IMG/VR virus record: IMGVR_UViG_3300046387_001332
Strand: one strand, 5' to 3'
DNA from: a virus
Length of the DNA: 64,000 nt
The notes below the pieces were generated by a model that worked only from the letters and a program-made list of their open reading frames with translations, ran no database searches and had not been told where the DNA came from. Shown here in pieces: positions 41,260 through 50,328 of the stretch. Each line of letters starts with the position of its first letter. Position 1 is the stretch's first letter. The position numbers were made by a program, and so were the translations under genes.

Positions 41260-43849
41260 AGAGAGTTACGTAAAAATAAAAAGACACAACGGTCAGAAAC
41301 CAGTTGTAGTGTATTCGGGAAGCATGATTCAACAAAATCATGGTGAAAAACCATTTGGTCATGGTTATGTTTTGTGGGACCTGAAATCACGTACACATAA
41401 GCACACAGAAGTATTCAATGAATATGGATATTATACCATTGAAGTAAGAGATGGAAAGTGTGTAAGTGACTTGGATAAACTTCCCACGAAAGCAAGATTG
41501 CGGGTAAAAGTATTTAACACAACTGCAACTGAAACTAAAGAAATAATTGCAGAGATACGAAAGAAAACAAGCATAACTGACTTAAATGTCACACGGTGCG
41601 ATGCAATATCTGAAGCAAAAAAGTTTGATCGTGACAATAAGTTTGATTTTGGTGACATATCACTTGTACAAGTACAAAATGACTTAATAGAAGATTATCT
41701 TCGCAGAAATTTTGTTGTTGATGATGACCAAGTAAAAACTGCTCTTGATATTAATAAAGAAATCAACGATAAACTTGTAGTAAAAGAAGTTCTTCGTAAT
41801 TGCATCTGGAAACCAAAGAAGTTTGAATTCTCAAATATGTTTAGTTACGGTGATGGTAACATTGTAGATTTTTCAAATATGAAAAGTGTCATGGGATTGT
41901 TTGCTTCAAATGCAAGTGGAAAAAGCAGTGTAATGAGTGCATTGAGTTTTTGTTTGTTTGATAAATGTGATCGTGCTTTTAAGGCATCCCATGTTTTAAA
42001 CACACAAACTGATTCATTTTATTGTAAACTAAATTTTGAAATAGGTGGAGTAGATTATTTTATTGACCGTCAAGCAACAACAAAGAAGAACGGTGACGTA
42101 ACTGTCGTGGTAGACTTCTGGAAGCATGATATCGATGGTAACACAATATCGTTAAACGGAGAACAGAGGGCTGGGACAAATGCTATAATTCGTGATCATG
42201 TGGGTTCGTATGATGACTTTGTTTTGACTACATTAAGTTTGCAAAATAATAATGCAATTTTTATAGATAAAAGTCAAAGTGAACGAAAAGATTTACTTGC
42301 ACAATTTATGGGCATAGATACATTTGATCAATTACACTCTACTGCTTCCGAAGACATTAAAGAAATAAATGCTTTACTTAAAAGATTTAATCGTGACGAT
42401 TTTGATGAAACTCTTGCAGATGTAAAAGAAAAACTTGATAGAATAAATGAAGAGTATAATCAACAAGATAGTAAGACTAATGTAGCATTACTTGAACAGA
42501 AAAGATTAAATAAAGAATTGGCTGATAAAAATTCATTATTTAAAAATTGTTCGTTTGATGAAACCGCAGTTGATATTGATAAATTAGAATTTAATAAAAA
42601 TAATTTAAAAGAAAGACTTGAAATAGCAAAAGATAATCGTTCGGATGAATCCACAAGAAAGAAAAGTTTAACATTAGAAAAGAAAAATTGCTCACAACAA
42701 ATATCCGAACTAAAAGGTACAGAAGAAAAGTATATAAGTGTATTAAAAGTTCGTGAAGATATTACAAAAGTAGAAAAAGATTTGGCCGTACTGAGAACAT
42801 CAGTTAATGCTAAGTTAGATAAATTAAAACATTATGATAGTCATCAATATGACCCAAAGTGTAAGTTTTGTGTTAACAATTCTAAAAATCTTATTGAAAG
42901 TGCAGAGCAAACTAAAACTGAACTTGATAAAGACAAAGCAGCGGCGGACGAGTTGGTAAAACAAAAAACTATTTTTAGTGATATACTTGAAGATAATAAA
43001 GATGTAGAATCCAATTATGAATTGCTAAAAGATTTAAATAATAAATCTAATCAACTTGTGTTTGAAATAAACGAAGCAGATTCTAAAGTTCTTGCTTTGT
43101 CTAGTATGATTGAATCTCTTGAAAAAGATATTGTTTTAAATGATAAAAATATTAAAGAATATTATGAGTGCAAAGACATAATTGAGTTTAATAAAAATAT
43201 ACAAAAAGAAGTTGGTGAATTAAATTTAAAATTAAATTCTGTAAATAAAATTGCAAATGATGAAAGTGAAAAACTTCAAACACTTTTCGGTGAAGTTAAA
43301 ATTGTAGAAAAAGAGCATGATGATGTAATCTCTTCAATTGAAGAAGCAAAAAGTTATGAAAGAAAAAAACGAGGATACGAGTTGTATCTCGATGCTGTCA
43401 AACGAGATGGTATATCATACGAACTTATTTCCAAAACTATTCCAAGTATTGAAAGTGAAGTAAATAATATACTTTCTCAGATTGTTGATTTTGGTATGAA
43501 TCTTGAAATGGACGGAAAACATATTTACTCAAAAATAACCTACGAGGATCGGCATTGGCCATTAGAGATGTGTAGTGGTATGGAACGATTCATAAGCAGT
43601 ATTGCTATGCGTGTAGCACTTATTAATGTAAGTAGTCTTCCTCGTTCTAATTTCCTTGTTATTGACGAGGGGTGGGGTACATTAGACGGAGACAATATTA
43701 GTAGTGTATTTAACTTATTTACTTATCTAAAAGGTCAGTTTGAGTTTATCGTGGTCATTAGTCACTTGGATGTTATGCGAGATATGGTGGATGAAATTGT
43801 AGAAATTCAAAGAGAAGGTTCATTTAGTAAGATAAATTACGGAGCATAA
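41249..43849 (+). CDS. Mre11 C-terminal part fused to Rad50/SbcC/gp46-like ATPase
   Basis: VVYSGSMIQQNHGE...GHGYVLWD, then Walker A NASGKSS, coiled coils, CKFC hook, SGME signature, VIDEGWGTLD and ISH. Confidence 0.9.
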   Translation: MEDKESYVKIKRHNGQKPVVVYSGSMIQQNHGEKPFGHGYVLWDLKSRTHKHTEVFNEYGYYTIEVRDGKCVSDLDKLPTKARLRVKVFNTTATETKEIIAEIRKKTSITDLNVTRCDAISEAKKFDRDNKFDFGDISLVQVQNDLIEDYLRRNFVVDDDQVKTALDINKEINDKLVVKEVLRNCIWKPKKFEFSNMFSYGDGNIVDFSNMKSVMGLFASNASGKSSVMSALSFCLFDKCDRAFKASHVLNTQTDSFYCKLNFEIGGVDYFIDRQATTKKNGDVTVVVDFWKHDIDGNTISLNGEQRAGTNAIIRDHVGSYDDFVLTTLSLQNNNAIFIDKSQSERKDLLAQFMGIDTFDQLHSTASEDIKEINALLKRFNRDDFDETLADVKEKLDRINEEYNQQDSKTNVALLEQKRLNKELADKNSLFKNCSFDETAVDIDKLEFNKNNLKERLEIAKDNRSDESTRKKSLTLEKKNCSQQISELKGTEEKYISVLKVREDITKVEKDLAVLRTSVNAKLDKLKHYDSHQYDPKCKFCVNNSKNLIESAEQTKTELDKDKAAADELVKQKTIFSDILEDNKDVESNYELLKDLNNKSNQLVFEINEADSKVLALSSMIESLEKDIVLNDKNIKEYYECKDIIEFNKNIQKEVGELNLKLNSVNKIANDESEKLQTLFGEVKIVEKEHDDVISSIEEAKSYERKKRGYELYLDAVKRDGISYELISKTIPSIESEVNNILSQIVDFGMNLEMDGKHIYSKITYEDRHWPLEMCSGMERFISSIAMRVALINVSSLPRSNFLVIDEGWGTLDGDNISSVFNLFTYLKGQFEFIVVISHLDVMRDMVDEIVEIQREGSFSKINYGA

Positions 43850-43892
43850 AACATATTTAGATATATATTTATTATGTACCTAAATTGTATTT

Positions 43893-44936
43893 ATGGAAAA
43901 TTCCGAAAAAAATCAAAAAGTCCAAGAAACCCTGATTAAAGCAGGATTGCGTAAAGGATACTTTACACTTGTAGAGGGTGTGTATGATCCTGGTATTTTA
44001 AAAGCAGTATTTCTAGCAGGAGGTCCTGGTTCGGGTAAATCTGCTACGGTTGATACATTATTCAATTTTCCACCAGATGCGGCTAATTTATCACCAAGTG
44101 GATTGAAGATTGTTAATAGTGATCCTGCATTTGAGATATTACTTAAAAAAGCAGGATATGATCTGAATCTATCTAAAATGGATGATGAAACATTTGCCAA
44201 AGTAACAAGTGACGATCCAAATAGTATTCGTTCCCGTGCGAAGAAAATTATGCTTAAACAATTTGAGTTATTTAAAGATGGTCGTTTGGGTATTATCGTA
44301 GATGGAACTGGTGATAATTATAACAAAATATCAAAGCAAAAGAAAGAACTTGAAAAACTTGGATACGATTGTTATATGGTATTTGTAAATACAACATTAG
44401 ATGTGGCACAACAAAGAAACGCAATGCGTAAAAGAAAACTTCCACGAAAAATAGTAAAAGATATTTGGACAGATGTACAAAAAAATCTTGGTAAGTTTCA
44501 AGGTTTGTTCAAAGCAAATTTCGTTATAGTAGACAATTCAGAAGATACTCGCAGTAAAACAAAACCTGGTAGATTAGATTTAGTTCCACGGTTAATGAAA
44601 GAAGTTGCAAGATTTATATCCAAACCAATTAAAAATCCAATTGGAAAGAAATGGATTAAAATGATGATGGCACATGATAAAATGAGTAAAAGTGGTGATA
44701 AACGAAATCGTGTTACAGAAGAACTTGATTTAGTAAAGATGGAAGATGTTGTTCTTCCTATGGATTTAGAGAGACACTTAAGTCGTTCTATTCACGTAAT
44801 TAAAAAATTTAATTTAAATGAAAGAAAGAATTTAGCAGTATTAACACGATTAGTGGAGAGTTTACAACTTAGCAGAAATCAGTTAGTAAAGTATTTTCAT
44901 AAAATCCGTACCATGAAATTCAAAGGAGAAGATTGA
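43893..44936 (+). CDS. P-loop kinase (AAA_33/zeta-toxin-like)
   Basis: FLAGGPGSGKS, VNSD, IIVDGTG, RNAMRKR lid. Confidence 0.75.
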   Translation: MENSEKNQKVQETLIKAGLRKGYFTLVEGVYDPGILKAVFLAGGPGSGKSATVDTLFNFPPDAANLSPSGLKIVNSDPAFEILLKKAGYDLNLSKMDDETFAKVTSDDPNSIRSRAKKIMLKQFELFKDGRLGIIVDGTGDNYNKISKQKKELEKLGYDCYMVFVNTTLDVAQQRNAMRKRKLPRKIVKDIWTDVQKNLGKFQGLFKANFVIVDNSEDTRSKTKPGRLDLVPRLMKEVARFISKPIKNPIGKKWIKMMMAHDKMSKSGDKRNRVTEELDLVKMEDVVLPMDLERHLSRSIHVIKKFNLNERKNLAVLTRLVESLQLSRNQLVKYFHKIRTMKFKGED

Positions 44937-44937
44937 T

Positions 44938-45288
44938 ATGTTTGATGTTATTTTTGACGAACTAATCAAAGAAGATAAACTAGGAGAAACTTGGAGAATA
45001 GAACTTGCTCCAAATCATTCTCGTTATAGTTTTTCGTCAAAAAAGTCTGGAAATGAAAATTGGGCAAAATCACTTGCTATGAAGTTATTGAAACAAGATA
45101 AAGATGAATACAAGTTTATTGGAGTATTTAGTGAGGGTGAAACTGACGATGGACCAATTGTTGATGGTTATATTTTTCATTGTACAGAAGAGTACTTTAA
45201 AAATGTCCCTCACTTGCATCGTGATAAAAGAAAAGCAATTAAACAACATCTTAAAACAAATAAAATAATTGAATATTTTGAGGATTAA
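44938..45288 (+). CDS. Hypothetical protein
   Basis: Tightly packed ORF. Confidence 0.6.
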   Translation: MFDVIFDELIKEDKLGETWRIELAPNHSRYSFSSKKSGNENWAKSLAMKLLKQDKDEYKFIGVFSEGETDDGPIVDGYIFHCTEEYFKNVPHLHRDKRKAIKQHLKTNKIIEYFED

Positions 45289-45289
45289 T

Positions 45290-45817
45290 ATGAGCATTAA
45301 AGAATATAACAGATATAAAGATGATCCTTTTTGGATGAAATCAAAATATGATGGAGTGTCGGGTGAACAAAGATTACCTGTTCAAAGAAGATTACGCAAG
45401 GGTGGGATTAAGTTTAAAAAAGGTGATGAGATTTTATATTACCCGAGGGGTAAAGTGATTATGGTAGGAAAAGAAGCAGAGCAAGCATGGAGAGATTTCC
45501 AATCAGCTGCTTCTGATGAAGATTTTTATATGTCGCAATACGAGGAGTCAATTAATATGGAAAAAACAAATGAAATTAAATTAACAAGTCCAGAGTACAA
45601 AAAAGCAATTAACTTTATGTCTGATATGCATTCTAGTATTCTTAAAGCAAAAGATAAAGTTATAAGTTTTCTAAGAAGAAAAGGATATGACGATATGGCA
45701 GATGAACTTGACGGAATGTCTAAGATTGAGTTCAATAAATTTGTTCAACGTAAAGTGTATGAAGAAAAGTTAAGAAAAGAAATAAGAAATATTCTTACTG
45801 AGATTTTAAACAAATAG
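45290..45817 (+). CDS. Hypothetical protein with C-terminal KLRKEIRNILTEIL helix
   Basis: Tightly packed ORF; ATG 1 nt after the upstream stop. Confidence 0.6.
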   Translation: MSIKEYNRYKDDPFWMKSKYDGVSGEQRLPVQRRLRKGGIKFKKGDEILYYPRGKVIMVGKEAEQAWRDFQSAASDEDFYMSQYEESINMEKTNEIKLTSPEYKKAINFMSDMHSSILKAKDKVISFLRRKGYDDMADELDGMSKIEFNKFVQRKVYEEKLRKEIRNILTEILNK

Positions 45818-48336
45818 TGATCACAAAAAATACAGATATTTTAACCAAAAAACTTACTGATTATTTGGTTGAAGAAACTTTAGAGGAGGACTCTAAAGTA
45901 AAAACTATTCTTGGAATTTATCCTGGACGGTTTCAACCTGCTGGTATACACCACTATAAAACATACAAGCATTTAAAAAAGAAGTTTAGCAAATCTTTTG
46001 TTGCAACCAGTAATAAAACTAATACAACAGATAGTCCATTAAATTTCAAAGAGAAAAAAATGGTATGGTTAAAGCATGGAGTTAAAGATGTTGTTGCTGT
46101 TAAGAATCCATATGTATGCGATGAAATTACTAAACGTTACGACGAAGATACTACCGCAGTGGTTTTCATGTTTGGTGAAAAAGATGCAGGACGATTAAAA
46201 ACAACAAAGGCAGATGGTTCACCTGCTTATTACCAACCATACGAAGAAAATAAAAGAAACTTAAAAGGTTTTAAGCAACATGGTTATTTCATAGTTGCTC
46301 CTCATGTGAGTATTAAGGTGCTTGGCAAAGAAGTAAGTGGTACACGGATACGAGATTTACTTGGTTCTCCTAAACACGATGAAATGACAAAAATTCAAGC
46401 ATTTGAGGAATTGTTTGGTTGGTATGATGAAAAGATATTCAAATATTTGACAAAAAAATTCGGAACATTGTTTGAGAATAGAGAAATTTATGAAAGTTTC
46501 ATACATGAGTATCCAAACTTAGAAGGTTATATACATAATTTACCAAATGTATGTAATGAAATAAGTTCTGTGTTTGCACATGGAAAATCATTAGTAGATG
46601 ACGGACCTAGTATTTTTTATCCAGGAAAAACATACGAGAAAAATACATCCAATTATGCCGAGCAACTTGGGTACGAATTAATTGATCACATTGCTGGTAA
46701 AAACAATGAAGGAAGAAACACAAGTTACCGAGAGTGGGGAAACTACGCAGGACCAGTACCCGCAGTTAGTTTTTACACATCGGGTGTTTCAGATGAACAA
46801 ACTCCCAACAACCAAGTTGACACAGAATCTACGAGAACTGCACATGGCCAGTGGGAAAGTTTTATATCTCAGGTGGCAGAAACTGCTGGATATAAACTTG
46901 TAGACTTTATTGGTTCTGAAAAATCTATTCGTAAAAAAGATGAACAAGGTGACGAAGATTTGAAATCAGGTAATACTATTGACACCGATAAAGCAGAGGA
47001 AGGTGACAAAATAGACCAAGGTGTAAAGGGTCAAGTAGTAAACGAAAATTTATTAACAGAAGGAGGTGCGGCTGGACACATGAGTCATCCCTTTGATGAT
47101 CGTGAGTTAACATTTGGTGATTTAAAAGAAATGATTCGTAGATCACTTGCAGGTGAATTAAATGTTGAAAAAGAAGTTACTGAAAAACTTGATGGACAAA
47201 ACTTAATGTTTTCTTGGAAAGATGGTCAGTTGGTGGCCGCAAGAAATCAAGGTCATCTAAAAAACGCAGGTGCGGCTGCTCCTAATGTAAAAGAATTTTC
47301 AAGTATATTTGCTGATCGTCCTGATAATATTCGTGACGCATTTGTAGGTGCAGTTGAAGATTTAGAAACTGCTATATCTGGTCTTACAGATGCACAAAAG
47401 AATAAAGTATTTCGTGAAGGTGAACGTTTTATGAATATAGAGGTAATGACACCTGCGACACAAAATGTTATTCCTCAGAATGTAGATATGTTAGTATTCC
47501 ACGGAACACAAGCATATGATTCCGCAGGAAAAGCAGTATCAGAAGATTCCGAGGGAAACGATATAACAGGTGAACTTAAAGACTCTGCAAGAATGCTTAA
47601 AGGTATGTTGAAACAAATAAACGCAGATGTTCAAAAACGATATTCATTGAACGCACCAATTGTGGTGGAACTTCCTAAAAGTAAAACATTTGGAGATTCA
47701 TATGCAAAGTATTCTGCTAAAATAGATAAACTTAAAAACAAATTTAGATTAAAAGATAACGATAAAGTAATGAAGTATCACGATTCTTGGTGGAGAAACT
47801 TGCTTGATAAACAACAAACAAAAAATAAAGAGATATTTCCCTCGAATGTATACGAAGCACTCGTTGGTCGTTGGGCATATAATGATAAGTCTAACAAAAT
47901 CACTACAATTAAAAAAGAATTATCTGATCATCCAAAACTACTTGCTTGGGTTACTAAATTTGAAAAAGAAGATATTACAAAACAATTTGAAGAAAATATG
48001 TGGCCATTTCAATTCATCTTTTTGAAATTGGGTGCGGAAGTATTAAAAAATGTAAAAGGATTCGTTGCGGCTGGTGGAAGTGATGATATTGCAAAAGCAC
48101 TTGATTCTCACGTTAAAACACTTGAAGGCAAGAAGATAAGTTCGGTGGAATCACCTGATAAGTTTAAGAAAGACATGGAGAAACTAAATAAGAATCTTGC
48201 TCGTCTTAATTCTATTGGTGGAAGCAATGCAATTGCACCAACAGAAGGTGTAGTATTTCAATACAAAGGTGGAACATATAAACTCACAGGTACATTTGCT
48301 CCTATAAATCAAATTATGGGTATAATGAGGTTTTAA
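45817..48336 (+). CDS. Fusion of HIGH-superfamily nucleotidyltransferase and KxDG ligase-like (DUF6267-like) domain
   Basis: IYPGRFQP, PLNFKEK, GEKDAGRL, SGTRIR; second domain GGAAGHMSHPFD, TEKLDGQN, EGVVF, KLTG. Confidence 0.7.
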   Translation: MITKNTDILTKKLTDYLVEETLEEDSKVKTILGIYPGRFQPAGIHHYKTYKHLKKKFSKSFVATSNKTNTTDSPLNFKEKKMVWLKHGVKDVVAVKNPYVCDEITKRYDEDTTAVVFMFGEKDAGRLKTTKADGSPAYYQPYEENKRNLKGFKQHGYFIVAPHVSIKVLGKEVSGTRIRDLLGSPKHDEMTKIQAFEELFGWYDEKIFKYLTKKFGTLFENREIYESFIHEYPNLEGYIHNLPNVCNEISSVFAHGKSLVDDGPSIFYPGKTYEKNTSNYAEQLGYELIDHIAGKNNEGRNTSYREWGNYAGPVPAVSFYTSGVSDEQTPNNQVDTESTRTAHGQWESFISQVAETAGYKLVDFIGSEKSIRKKDEQGDEDLKSGNTIDTDKAEEGDKIDQGVKGQVVNENLLTEGGAAGHMSHPFDDRELTFGDLKEMIRRSLAGELNVEKEVTEKLDGQNLMFSWKDGQLVAARNQGHLKNAGAAAPNVKEFSSIFADRPDNIRDAFVGAVEDLETAISGLTDAQKNKVFREGERFMNIEVMTPATQNVIPQNVDMLVFHGTQAYDSAGKAVSEDSEGNDITGELKDSARMLKGMLKQINADVQKRYSLNAPIVVELPKSKTFGDSYAKYSAKIDKLKNKFRLKDNDKVMKYHDSWWRNLLDKQQTKNKEIFPSNVYEALVGRWAYNDKSNKITTIKKELSDHPKLLAWVTKFEKEDITKQFEENMWPFQFIFLKLGAEVLKNVKGFVAAGGSDDIAKALDSHVKTLEGKKISSVESPDKFKKDMEKLNKNLARLNSIGGSNAIAPTEGVVFQYKGGTYKLTGTFAPINQIMGIMRF

Positions 48337-48338
48337 TC

Positions 48339-49202
48339 ATGGAAGAGAAAAAGTTATCTAGAATTGCACGTAGAAAACTTTCACAGGCCGCAAGACGAAC
48401 TGCAAAGAAACGTGCAACTAAAAAGAAACTATTTGCAAAAAGAATGAAGTCTCCTGCCAAATTAAAAGCAACTGCTGAGAAGGCGGCAAAGAATCTAATC
48501 GTAAAAAAAATGACAGGTGGAAAATCATATAGCAATCTTTCAGTTGGCCAAAAAGAACTTATAGATAAAAAGTTATCTAATAAAAAAGGTATTGTTGCAA
48601 AGGTTGCAAGAAAGATGCTTCCTATTGTGAAGAAAAAAGAAAAAGAACGAATTAAAAAAATTCGTGCAAAAAAGGTTGAATCTGAAAGTCTTTCAAACCA
48701 AGAAACTATATCTCATGGAGTGCTAACTTTGAATATAAATGGATCGCACCTTGAAGTATCGGCAAGAAAAAAAGATGGAAAACTAATTCCTTATACTTTT
48801 AAAGAATTAAACGATGCAAAAAAACATTGCAAAAAAGTTGGTGGAAAAACTTTTCAATCACCAAAAACAAATTTATATTATGTTGAGTTTACAAAACTGG
48901 ATGGACCAATGAGTGAAGACAAAGAAAAAGAAGAAAATTTAAAAGATTTAAAAGCAATACTTGATGTTGCAAAAATGCTGAGTGACAAAAGTCCTTATTT
49001 TAAAGGTCGTGGTAGTAAAAAAGAATATATTAAAATGCTAGTGCATAAAATAAAAAAATTGTCGGAAGCAAAACAGAAAAAAATAATTTCAACAATTGAT
49101 GCATATAATAAAGTCAGAAAACCAACGATGCCTAAAAGTCGTGCAATGAAAAATAAAAAGGCATATGATAGAAAAGACTTTAAAAAAGGAAGGTATGATT
49201 AA
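48339..49202 (+). CDS. Highly basic protein, possibly a head/core component
   Basis: Lys/Arg-rich N- and C-terminal segments. Confidence 0.6.
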   Translation: MEEKKLSRIARRKLSQAARRTAKKRATKKKLFAKRMKSPAKLKATAEKAAKNLIVKKMTGGKSYSNLSVGQKELIDKKLSNKKGIVAKVARKMLPIVKKKEKERIKKIRAKKVESESLSNQETISHGVLTLNINGSHLEVSARKKDGKLIPYTFKELNDAKKHCKKVGGKTFQSPKTNLYYVEFTKLDGPMSEDKEKEENLKDLKAILDVAKMLSDKSPYFKGRGSKKEYIKMLVHKIKKLSEAKQKKIISTIDAYNKVRKPTMPKSRAMKNKKAYDRKDFKKGRYD

Positions 49203-49596
49203 GTTAAATGGAAATGTCTATTTAAAAACAAACGAAGTTGAAATTCAAATTGAAAAAGTAAGTAAACGATTTCGTACATCACACCGTGCTATTTTACCGC
49301 AACAAGTTACTTATCTTGATCGTGAGTTTGTAGATTGCATAAGAGACGAAGCAAAGAATTTATCTTTATCTCTTTTTTATTTGTATGGGTATAATGAAGA
49401 TCACGCATCTACCAAAAAAATAATACAAGGTGTACACGATAGAATGAGAAATGAAGAAAGTTGTGATAGTCGTTTAAGATTTATGCAGTATGATTTATCT
49501 GACTCACAACGTAAAAAGCACAGATTGAGATATGAAAACTTTTTAGTAAATGTTTTTTTAGATGAGTGCATAAAACTATTTGAAAATTTACATTAA
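49195..49596 (+). CDS. Hypothetical protein
   Basis: ORF overlapping the upstream stop. Confidence 0.55.
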   Translation: MIKLNGNVYLKTNEVEIQIEKVSKRFRTSHRAILPQQVTYLDREFVDCIRDEAKNLSLSLFYLYGYNEDHASTKKIIQGVHDRMRNEESCDSRLRFMQYDLSDSQRKKHRLRYENFLVNVFLDECIKLFENLH

Positions 49597-49600
49597 TAGT

Positions 49601-49629
49601 TTGACAAACTTTATTTTAGGTGAGATAAT
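49601..49629 (+). promoter_or_regulatory. Sigma70-type extended -10 promoter, leaderless
   Basis: TTGACA 49601-49606, 17 nt, TGn-GATAAT 49621-49629; ATG 7 nt downstream at 49636. Confidence 0.65.
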
Positions 49630-49635
49630 GCCAAT

Positions 49636-50262
49636 ATGGCTAAAATGGATAAAGATGATTTAAAGTACGTTATTAAACGATCAAAAAAACTATTCGCGGG
49701 TGAAGAAATACCAAAGGTACATGGATATGAAGGTGAAAAAGAAGAAGTAAAAGTTCGTGCAGTTGGAGAAATATGGACTGACAAAGACGGAAAAGAGTGG
49801 AAACAAATTGGTGCTAATACCAAAGTTAGAACCGAAACCGTGTTTGACAAGTTAAGAAAAATAGCAAGAACCGCTCCAAATTGTCCCAAAGAAGTTTGTA
49901 CCTGTGATACTACTAAATTTTTAGATAAACGAATGGTTGCTATGAAAGGATTGTGTTTTGATTGTGTTCAAGAACATGAGCAAAAGTTAAAAGACGAAGG
50001 AAAGTATGAAGACTACGAAAAAAAGACAATGCTTGAAAACGAAAAAAGTTTTTTGTTAGATGCTAAAATCAAAATGGGTGAATCTAAACATTACATTGAA
50101 AATGATCCTCAATTTCTAAATGAAGATGGTTCTCTTGAAAAGTGGAATATACCCGAAAAGTCTAAATTATTAGATGAACTTAATGCCGACATCACAGAGG
50201 TTGATGATCGTATTAAGAGTATTGAAAAAGAACTTGAAAAATTTTCACAATGTGATTTTTAA
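49636..50262 (+). CDS. Hypothetical protein with Cys cluster (putative Zn-binding)
   Basis: GEIWTDKDGKEW, CPKEVCTC, CFDC. Confidence 0.65.
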   Translation: MAKMDKDDLKYVIKRSKKLFAGEEIPKVHGYEGEKEEVKVRAVGEIWTDKDGKEWKQIGANTKVRTETVFDKLRKIARTAPNCPKEVCTCDTTKFLDKRMVAMKGLCFDCVQEHEQKLKDEGKYEDYEKKTMLENEKSFLLDAKIKMGESKHYIENDPQFLNEDGSLEKWNIPEKSKLLDELNADITEVDDRIKSIEKELEKFSQCDF

Positions 50263-50328
50263 AAGATTCAACGATACCTTGAAACTTTTTATATTATAGA
50301 AAATTAAATACATATATATTTATCCTTA

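Noticed and set aside
43893-44936. Zeta toxin-antitoxin system
   Set aside because: Only a generic P-loop kinase fold is supported; no antitoxin is recognisable and the context is a late-type phage unit.
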